Below are positions 1 to 9,000 of a stretch of DNA of 64,000 nucleotides, in pieces. Position 1 is the first letter of the stretch. Each line of letters starts with the position of its first letter. Under the pieces are notes generated by a model that worked only from the letters and a program-made list of their open reading frames with translations, was not told the DNA's origin and did not search any database. Position numbers and translations under genes: made by a program. The stretch comes from Eledone cirrhosa (taxonomy: Eukaryota): the NCBI GenBank assembly GCA_964016885.1, contig OZ024740.1, positions 387,810,001-387,874,000 of the forward strand. The letters run 5' to 3'.

Positions 1-335
1 CAGCTGCCTCTCATTTTTCACCTCCTCGCTGTTTCTCTCTCCCATATCTCTCTCTGTCTCTCTCTGTTTTTATTTACATACATTTATTCCTTTTCTCCGT
101 CTTTCTTTCTAACTGTGCTCAACACTGAATATTTACAAACATTTCACTACCAAACCAACTTTTTTAAATGGATGTTGATCAATATTTTATGGTACGTCAA
201 ATTTATTTATAAAACTGCTTATATATTGTATTTTATCTGAAGAAGGCATGCCATATTTTTAATATGGTATCCCTGAAATATGTATAGTGAAATAAATATG
301 GTTTTATAAATATAGTTTCCATTTGTTTAATATCG
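1..335 (+). mobile_element. Probable 3' end / pseudo-LTR remnant of a Penelope-like element
   Basis: CT-rich tract (about 8-110), then hammerhead motif, AATAAA (291-296) and a short CCAT-containing tail ending at (TA)n at 336. The same layout recurs at 4643-4917 and partly at 3400-3831. Confidence 0.5.
229..294 (+). ncRNA. Minimal type-I hammerhead ribozyme motif (PLE pseudo-LTR type), copy 1
   Basis: CTGAAGA core at 237-243. Stem II is AGG-C-ATGCCATATT(244-257)/TTT/AATATGGTAT-C-CCT(261-274). GAAA at 275-278. Short stem III with loop ATGT; predicted cleavage triplet AUA at 284-286. Stem I TATTTTAT(229-236) pairs with GTGAAATA(287-294), including two G-U pairs. Confidence 0.7.
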
Positions 336-367
<32 letters not shown>

Positions 368-378
368 TATATATATAT
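336..378. repeat. (TA)n microsatellite with short CA interruption
   Basis: Direct reading of the sequence. Confidence 0.95.
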
Positions 379-454
379 AATGGAAAATTTGAACAGGAAC
401 AAAACAGAGAGGCAGTACAACGAATGTTTATTAATTTCACGCTCTGGAGAGTGG

Positions 455-456
<2 letters not shown>

Positions 457-494
<38 letters not shown>
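457..494. repeat. (TA)n microsatellite
   Basis: Direct reading of the sequence. Confidence 0.95.
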
Positions 495-495
<1 letters not shown>

Positions 496-1011
496 GTTGT
501 TTGTATCTTAGAAGAAGAATCTTGTCACCCATAATCTGTAGCTGTTTTTCAGGACTGGTGGGCAATTAAAAGGAATAAAAATGACTCCTAGGATTCTGTA
601 ACATGAAGGAGTGCATCGCGATATTAAGATATCAGTAGCCCATGTCAGGAATTTTACAACCAAGTATATTCTCATAAGATTATATGAGAACTATTGTTAG
701 TTATGGAGACGGGATAAGACTTCAGCACAAAAATGTATTCAATCAGTCAGGTACAGAAGCCGCCAAAATGTCGGTGTTATTTATTCATATACGTTAACGT
801 TTTATGTCTAATAGCATGTGGTATTTTAATCACCTTACAATGCTTTCTCAATTCACTTCCCAACCAAGTTTATTTGAGTTTCACTCTTCTGAGCTCTATA
901 ACAACCAATCTATAAAAACTGCACCGCTGTCAATTTAATGGAAAATACAATAGATTGTGTTTCAACGTAGCCAGATTGAAAATTGTATCAAGAAATATCT
1001 ATGCGTGAATG

Positions 1012-1086
1012 AGAATGTGATTATATATTTACATTAAAAAGAGTCGGGCCCGCCGGCTGAGCTCTTGCTGTTTCGACTGCTAATTC
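1012..1086. repeat. Left arm of inverted repeat flanking the PLE RT fragment
   Basis: 1047-1086 reverse-complements to 1685-1724 at 34/40 identity. AGAATGTGA (1012-1020) matches TCACATTCT (1744-1752). Confidence 0.85.
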
Positions 1087-1125
1087 GCTAATTCGCGATG
1101 CATGCATACTTCTATGACTGAATGC

Positions 1126-1652
1126 GTTCCTTATTTCTCTCACAAAGCCCACAAACCGAACTTTGACCGCATACCCACCATCCGGCCCATTAACCCGACG
1201 AAGTCTGATATAAGGAGGATCAGTAAAAGGATCCTTTACAAAATCATACGCAGAGTAAAACAACAAACGAGGCTTAGCTTATGGACCAAAACACAAGAGG
1301 TCATATCCTGGTTCCAAGGTATCACAGATAAAGAGAACACTAAATTCATCCGATTCGATATCGAAAATTACTATACCTCAGTAACATAACCACTTCTAGA
1401 GGCGGTTATTGATTACGACCGAAATATTACACCAATCAAGGCATATACATCATTCTCCACGCCAGGAAGGCGGTCCTGTTCAACAAAAACTAAATCTGGA
1501 TAAAAAATCCCGAAACTCACCCTTCGATGTTAGTATGGGAGCAGCCAGCTCGGTGAAGTTTACCGACCTGATAGGCCTGTATATACTCCAGAAATTGACA
1601 GAACGGTTAACCCGCTCTCGGAGGGGGTTTATATTGAGATGACGGGCTCGTA
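1126..1652 (+). pseudogene. Degenerate Penelope-like retroelement reverse transcriptase fragment
   Basis: Joining frames gives HKAHKPNFDRIPTIRPINPTKSDIRRISKRIL...LWTKTQEVISWF...KFIRFDIENYYTSVT*, then IILHARKAVLFNKN*IWIK, then PFDVSMGAASSVKFTDLIGLYILQKL, then GLY*DDGLV (1626-1652). These match in order the PLE RT motifs KDHKxNF-RLINP-KS, FDIxxFYPS, HARKSLLF, FDVTMG...LVGLYIL and GLYRDDGL. Several stops and frameshifts are present. Confidence 0.88.
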
Positions 1653-1684
1653 ACCTTCACTGGATAAAATAGGAGAAGAGTCTG

Positions 1685-1752
1685 GAATTAACTGTAGAAA
1701 CGGCAAGAGCTCAGCCGTCAGGCCTCGGGTCTTCCAAATATAGTCACATTCT
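1685..1752. repeat. Right arm of inverted repeat flanking the PLE RT fragment
   Basis: GAATTAACTGTAGAAACGGCAAGAGCTCAGCCGTCAGGCC compared with the reverse complement of the left arm, GAATTAGCAGTCGAAACAGCAAGAGCTCAGCCGGCGGGCC. Confidence 0.85.
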
Positions 1753-2229
1753 ACTATCCCAAGTATCGAGTACTCTGCTGAATAATGGTCTTACTTGTTT
1801 AAAACTGGTTAAATCTTGATATATATATATATATGCGGTTGTGTGTAATTAACATAAATGAGTCTCGCTGCAAGGATTTTAAGCTGTGATCTTGTCACAG
1901 TGATCACAGTGACCCTGCGAGGAGGCCAATCACTAACTTCTGGAAGAAGTTCTCGAGCAGAGGTTTGTGCTCAAAGCATAGAAAACGTATAGCTTAATTT
2001 ACTCTCAGTACCGAGTAAGTAAACATCAAAGATTAATGGATGAAAAATCCTGAAAGACTAGTTTGCTTGTGCGTGCGAGCGTGTGTATATGTATATCTGC
2101 TTAATATTGACATTAGACAGAATGAGTTTTAACAATAGTGTAGAGAATAATATTTTCTTTAGTAAGCAGGAGGCGAAACAGTAGAGTAACAGCACTCTTA
2201 GTTTTAATAACGAAAATTATTACCAACCC

Positions 2230-2231
<2 letters not shown>

Positions 2232-2300
<69 letters not shown>
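2232..2300. repeat. (TA)n microsatellite
   Basis: Direct reading of the sequence. Confidence 0.97.
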
Positions 2301-2302
<2 letters not shown>

Positions 2303-2310
2303 ATTTAATA

Positions 2311-2893
2311 TTAATATAGAAATGGCTTCTACAGGATTAGAACTCTTTCATTCGAAGGAAATCATATACTATACTTTACTTACTGTGGTTACTCCCGATT
2401 AATCGTTTTATCGAAATGTAATTGTAGATATGAATAACAATTTTTTGATGAATTAATTAATTAATTAAATCAACTAGCATGGCAATTTCCTTTCACAAAT
2501 TTGGGGAATTAATGTCCCAATTACCAAGTATGCATTTGATGTAAAGCAAATTTCCGAAATAGGGCGAAGAAAGTTATAAAAGCAAATGTGAAAGATACAT
2601 AAGCAATGCAGTGGAAAGTATTAATGTTTAGCATTATACAATGTGAGTTAAGCAACAAAGAAATATAATTGTTTCTACTTTTGGCACAAGGCCAGCAAAT
2701 TACCCAGTGCATTACTGGTATTTTATTTTATCGACCCCGTAAGGATGAAAGCAAAGTCAACCTCGGCGGGATTTCAAAGAAATATAATGTGTAGAGGATA
2801 TACGTCCACATGCTGTTAATAGTGTTCATATATGTCTGATGATTTCTTTCGAATGAAACAGTTCTAGTCCTGTAGAACCCATTTCTATATTAA
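2311..2893. mobile_element. Non-coding element bounded by 55-bp inverted repeats, between TA microsatellites (MITE or inverted PLE termini)
   Basis: 2311-2365 and 2839-2893 are reverse complements with 4 mismatches in 55 bp. (TA)n lies just outside both ends. Confidence 0.7.
2665..2777 (-). mobile_element. 5'-truncated SINE (Octopus-type family), minus strand
   Basis: Reverse complement of about 4334-4447 (AAATCCCGCCGAGGTT-ACTTTGC...TTTCATCCTTA-GGGGTCGATAAAATAAA-TACCAGTAATG...GGCC-TGTGCCAAAAGTAGAAACAATTAT). Resembles from memory the highly repeated octopus SINE. Confidence 0.75.
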
Positions 2894-2902
2894 ATTTCAT
2901 AA

Positions 2903-2937
2903 ATATATATGCACACACACACACACCACACGCGCGC

Positions 2938-2977
<40 letters not shown>

Positions 2978-3021
2978 GTAAATATATATATATGTTTGAT
3001 GTGTATTCATGTATTAAAGTG

Positions 3022-3104
<83 letters not shown>

Positions 3105-3400
3105 GTGTGTATGTATGTATGTGTATATAGATGTGTATGTATGTGTATGTGTGTACACGTGGACTAGAGTATGTATGTATATATGTGTGTGTCTATACGT
3201 GTGTATATAAAGATAAGTTGAGTATGAAAATGTATACACATGAGCGCGTATGTATGTACATGAATACATGTGTGTATATATATATGTGTATGCATGTGTA
3301 TATATATGTAAGTATGAATATGTGAATTGTGAGTATATGTATTTTGTAGAGGTGCGCAAATATATTTGTGTGTGAATGCGTGGGCGAAAGGATACGTACA
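2903..3400. repeat. Compound low-complexity (CA)n/(TA)n/(TG)n/(TATG)n microsatellite
   Basis: Direct reading. It accounts for the Y/I/H/C/V-rich spurious ORFs at 2826-3401. Confidence 0.92.
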
Positions 3401-3674
3401 CTTGAAAGAAAAATTTAAGTCTGAATGTTAATTAAGTGCAAACACAAAACCAACCACGCATATCTTTACTATCTCTAATCCTTCTATAGATTTAGAAAAA
3501 TAACTAATAATATATTCTATAAAAAATGTCAAAACAACAGATGGGAATCTAATTACTCACTGCCACCAAGAATTCTCACTGCTATCGAAAAACCACTCCT
3601 TCAACTATTCTTCTAACAACTTCACCCCTCCCTCCTAATATTCTCTATAAAAACTAAATAGGTCCTCAGTAATA

Positions 3675-3794
3675 TTATTCTGATGAAATGACAGTAAATA
3701 ATAACATTGAAATATTGAATGTCTGCATAACTAAAAGTTTGTAGATAGCAGCTGTTTTAGGTTACGTAACTGTTATAGAAACACGTGTCAATAA
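3675..3794 (+). ncRNA. Minimal type-I hammerhead ribozyme motif with extended stem II, copy 2
   Basis: TTATT(3675-3679) then CTGATGA(3680-3686). Stem II ATGACAGT(3688-3695) pairs with ACTGTTAT(3769-3776). GAAAC-ACGT-GTC (3778-3789) contains the palindrome ACACGTGT and a canonical GUC cleavage triplet. AATAA(3790-3794) closes stem I. Confidence 0.78.
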
Positions 3795-3828
3795 ATTCCT
3801 TTCAACTAAACTGTATCCATTCAAATCT

Positions 3829-4266
<438 letters not shown>

Positions 4267-4280
4267 CTAAACCAAACAGT

Positions 4281-4451
4281 GAGTGTCGGACGCCATGCTT
4301 TCTAGCGTAGTTACGTCTCTTTCCGATCTGAGTTCAAATCCCGCCGAGGTTAACTTTGCCTTTCATCCTTATGGGGTCGATAAAATAAAGTACCAGTAAT
4401 GTACTGAGATAACTGCTGGCCTCGTGCCAAAAGTAGAAACAATTATTATTT
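4281..4451 (+). mobile_element. SINE (Octopus-type family), 5'-truncated, plus strand
   Basis: Box-B-like GAGTTCAAATCC at about 4330-4341, followed by CGCCGAGGTTAACTTTGCCTTTCATCCTTATGGGGTCGATAAAATAAAGTACCAG and an (ATT)n tail. Second copy inverted at 2665-2777. Confidence 0.78.
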
Positions 4452-4500
4452 CTGGCAATATTAAAATAATATGATCCCCCCCCCAAAAAAAAATACAACA

Positions 4501-4510
4501 ATATATATAT

Positions 4511-4553
<43 letters not shown>

Positions 4554-4582
4554 ACATACATGTATATATATATATATATATA
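4501..4582. repeat. Interrupted (TA)n microsatellite
   Basis: Direct reading of the sequence. Confidence 0.93.
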
Positions 4583-4642
4583 GGTGAGTAATATTGTAGA
4601 ACAATAAAACCATGCATATATCAGATAAGTAGCACTCAACAG

Positions 4643-4917
4643 TTCTCTTTCTCTCTCCTACTTCTTTCCTTCTTCTATTTCTTTTTCCTTTTTCCTTCTT
4701 CTTTCCTTTTCTTCATTTTTCCTATTTTTTCTCTTCTCTTATATTTTTGTCATATGTTGACTGGACACTTTCTTGTTCACAAGTGTTTTTAGGCCTCATA
4801 TCATTTTACCGTATTTTATCTGATGAGAACACAATTTTTGTCCCAGGATGATGTTGTTTACGAAATAAGCATAATAAAATATATGGAACTTTTTTAACCA
4901 TCTTTTAATTTCTTCTT
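4643..4917 (+). mobile_element. Probable pseudo-LTR remnant of a Penelope-like element
   Basis: Polypyrimidine tract (4643-4740), then hammerhead motif, AATAAA (4873-4878), CCATCTTTTAATTTC tail and (TA)n from 4918. Confidence 0.55.
4811..4882 (+). ncRNA. Minimal type-I hammerhead ribozyme motif, copy 3
   Basis: Stem I GTATTTTAT(4811-4819) pairs with ATAAAATAT(4874-4882), 9 bp. CTGATGA at 4820-4826. G4827-C4861 closes a degenerate stem II. GAAA at 4862-4865. Stem III AT/AT with loop AAGC; cleavage triplet AUA at 4871-4873. Confidence 0.68.
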
Positions 4918-5466
4918 TATATATATATATATATATGTGGAGGCGCGGGGGGGGGGGGGGGTATTGAACTATGTACTGTATAGATATTTGCAAAATAGAA
5001 ATTCTGATTGTTCAGTCATCTTTAGAACTTACCACATCTGTTCTATTGGGTGATGGTGCTAATCATAGTTGTGGTATCAGTTGTGGTTTGTTTCAATGAC
5101 TACCGAAATTTATTGGCCTCCGACAATTATATGCGTGCATCTATGTATGTATGTATCCATAAGTGTATTATGTATGTATGCATCTATGCATACACGCCTT
5201 ATGTGTATATATGTATGTTAAAAATGCCACATCAATGACCTCCATACTTTCTATTCGATTAAATAAATGGAAATGATTGTCACATAAACTTATGCAAATG
5301 GAACATGACAGTCAACTAATTCAACAACTCTTGTACGATGACTTATTGCAAACTAAATCATTCAACCGTGGTTTCATTAAAAAGATTACGTTGTATTAGT
5401 CTCTTCAAACTTTTGAAAATTATGCTCCTACGTTTTTGTGGTAATTCAACAGCGGTAGATGTGCAA

Positions 5467-5545
5467 CCCCCCCCCCCCCCCCCCCACACACACACTCACC
5501 TCACCCCTACACACAAACACACACACACACACACACAGACACATA
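5467..5545. repeat. Poly-C run followed by (CA)n microsatellite
   Basis: Direct reading of the sequence. Confidence 0.93.
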
Positions 5546-6061
5546 TGCATAGATATAATTATCTTTTTTTCTACTATATCGTTTTTTTCGTCATAAACAG
5601 TAAATAGTATTGCATATATATTTATCTAGTCTGCCATACATTTTATTATTTGAAATACATTAGAATAAATTATTCATCGACTCAATGATACACACACATA
5701 TACATATTATAATTAGGTTAAATCTCTACGTATATAATGCATATTGATTAAGTTACTCAACAAAGGAAGCTCAATGAATATTAAGCTCTGAGTATAATAT
5801 ATACACATTTAAACGATATAAAAAAAAGTCTCTTCCAAATATCTAGTTGAGAAAGAACTAGTATCATGTACATATAATAATAAATAAATCTGTTCGCTCA
5901 TAGAAAGATTCAAGCAAAAATTGTCTAAAGTTCACTTAAATAGCTGTTTCATGATAAATTCCAGAATACGATATTTATAGTCGATCTCATGATTGGGCCC
6001 AATCACTAATCATCGGTCTTAGTAACAATCATCATCAAGACCAGGGAACGTCATTCATCAT

Positions 6062-9000
6062 TAAGTGTTTAAGGTCTTTCTACATATATATCTCACTGTA
6101 CATTACCTAAGTGTTTAAGGTCTTACTATATATATCTCACTGTACATTACCTAAGTGTTTAAGGTCTTACTATATATATCTCACTGTACATTACCTAAGT
6201 GTTTAAGGTCTTACTATATATATCTCACTGTACATTACCTAAGTGTTTAAGGTCTTACTATATATATCTCACTGTACATTACCTAAGTGTTTAAGGTCTT
6301 ACTATATATATCTCACTGTACATTACCTAAGTGTTTAAGGTCTTACTATATATATCTCACTGTACATTACCTAAGTGTTTAAGGTCTTACTATATATATC
6401 TCACTGTACATTACCTAAGTGTTTAAGGTCTTACTATATATATCTCACTGTACATTACCTAAGTGTTTAAGGTCTTACTTTATATATCTCACTGTACATT
6501 ACCTAAGTGTTTAAGGTCTACTATATATATATCTCACTGTACATTACCTAAGTGTTTAAGGTCTACTATATATATCTCACTGTACGTTACCTAAGTGTTT
6601 AAGGTCTTACTATATATATCTCACTGTACATTACCTAAGTGTTTAAGGTCTTACTATATATATCTCACTGTACATTACCTAAGTGTTTAAGGTCTTACTA
6701 TATATATATATCTCACTGTACATTACCTAAGTGTTTAAGGTCTTACTATATACATCTCACTGTACATTACCTAAGTGTTTAAGGTCTTTCTACATATATA
6801 TCTCACTGTACATTACCTAAGTGTTTAAGGTCTTTCTACATATATATCTCACTGTATATTACCTAAGTGTTTAAGGTCTTACTATATATATCTCACTGTA
6901 CATTGCCTAAGTGTTTAAGGTCTTACTATATATATCTCACTGTACATTACCGAAGTGTTTAAGGTCTTACTATATATATCTCACTGTACATTACCTAAGT
7001 GTTTAAGGTCTTACTATATATATCTCACTGTACATTACCTAAGTGTTTAAGGTCTACTATATATATCTCACTGTACATTACCTAAGTGTTTAAGGTCTAC
7101 TATATATATCTCACTGTACATTACCTAAGTGTTTAAGGTCTTACTATATATATCTCACTGTACATTACCTAAGTGTTTAAGGTCTTACTATATATATCTC
7201 ACTGTACATTACCTAAGTGTTTAAGGTCTTACTATATATATCTCACTGTACATTACCTAAGTGTTTAAGGTCTTTCTACATATATATCTCACTGTTCATT
7301 ACCTAAGTGTTTAAGGTCTTACTATATATATCTCACTGTTCATTACCTAAGTGTTTAAGGTATTACTATATATATCTCACTGTACATTACCTAAGTGTTT
7401 AAGGTCTTACTATATATATATCACTGTACATTACCTAAGTGTTTAAGGTCTTACTATATATATCTCACTGTACATTACCTAAGTGTTTAAGGTCTTACTA
7501 TATATATCTCACTGTACATTACCTAAGTGTTTTAGGTCTTACTATATATATCTCACTGTACATTACCTAAGTGTTTAAGGTCTTACTATATATATCTCAC
7601 TGTACATTACCTAAGTGTTTAAGGTCTTACTATATATATCTCACTGTACATTACCTAAGTGTTTAAGGTCTTACTATATATATCTCACTGTACATTACCT
7701 AAGTGTTTAATGTCTTACTATGTATATATCTCACTGTACATTACCTAAGTGTTTAAGGTCTTACTATATATATCTCACTGTACATTACCTAAGTGTTTAA
7801 GGTCTTACTATATATATCTCACTGTACATTACCAAAGTGTTTAAGGTCTTACTATATATATCTCACTGTACATTACCTAAGTGTTTAAGGTCTTACTGTA
7901 TATATCTCACTGTACATTACCTAAGTGTTTCAGGTCTTACTATATATATCTCAGTGTACATTACCTAAGTGTTTAAGGTCTTACTATATATATCTCACTG
8001 TACATTACCTAAGTGTTTAAGGTCTTACTATATATATCTCACTGTACATTACCTAAGTGTTTAAGGTCTTACTATATATATCTCACTGTACATTACCTAA
8101 GTGTTTAAGGTCTTACTATATATATCACTCTGTACATTACCAAGTGTTTAAGGTCTTACTATATATATCTGACTGTACATTACCTAAGTGTTTAAGGTCT
8201 TACTATATATATCTCACACTGTACATTACCTAAGTGTTTAATGTCTTACTATATATATCTCACTGTACATTACCTAAGTGTTTAAGGTGTTACTATATAT
8301 ATATCTCACTGTACATTACGTAAGTGTTTAAGGTCTTACTATATATATCTCACTGTACATTAGCTAAGTGTTTAATGTCTAACTATATATATCTCACTGT
8401 TCATTACCTAAGTGTTTAAGGTCTTACTATATATATCTCACTGTACATTACCTAAGTGTTTAAGGTCTTACTATATATATCTCACTGTACATTACCTAAG
8501 TGTTTAATGACTTACTATATATATATCACTGTACATTACCTAAGTGTTTAAGGTCTTACTATATATATCTCACTGTACATTACCTAAGTGTTTAAGGTCT
8601 TACTATATATATCTCACTGTACATTACCTAAGTGTTTAAGGTCTTTCTACATATATATCTCACTGTACATTACCTAAGTGTTTAAGGTCTTACTATATAT
8701 ATCTCACTGTACATTACCTAAGTGTTTAAGGTCTTACTTTATATATCTCACTGTACATTACCTAAGTGTTTAAGGTCTACTATATATATATCTCACTGTA
8801 CATTACCTAAGTGTTTAAGGTCTACTATATATATCTCACTGTACGTTACCTAAGTGTTTAAGGTCTTACTATATATATCTCACTGTACATTACCTAAGTG
8901 TTTAAGGTCTTACTATATATATCTCACTGTACATTACCTAAGTGTTTAAGGTCTTACTATATATATATATCTCACTGTACATTACCTAAGTGTTTAAGGT

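Noticed and set aside
1021-1266. 81-aa minus-strand ORF
   Set aside because: It is the antisense shadow of the PLE RT fragment and has no recognisable motif.
1775-1812. CTGCTGA...AAAAC as a degenerate hammerhead before the TA tract
   Set aside because: Both core boxes are mutated and there is no clear stem I or stem II pairing.
1884-1912. Short hairpin CTGTGATC/GATCACAG with tandem TCACAGTGA
   Set aside because: It has only an 8-bp stem, explicable by a small local duplication, with no supporting context.
2826-3401. 191-aa minus-strand ORF and other Y/I-rich ORFs (323-511, 2992-3325, 4334-4639, 4796-4993)
   Set aside because: They are translations of TA/TG/CA microsatellites.
3663-3669. 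Minus-strand CTGAGGA as another hammerhead core
   Set aside because: There is no suitably placed GAAA or stems on that strand.
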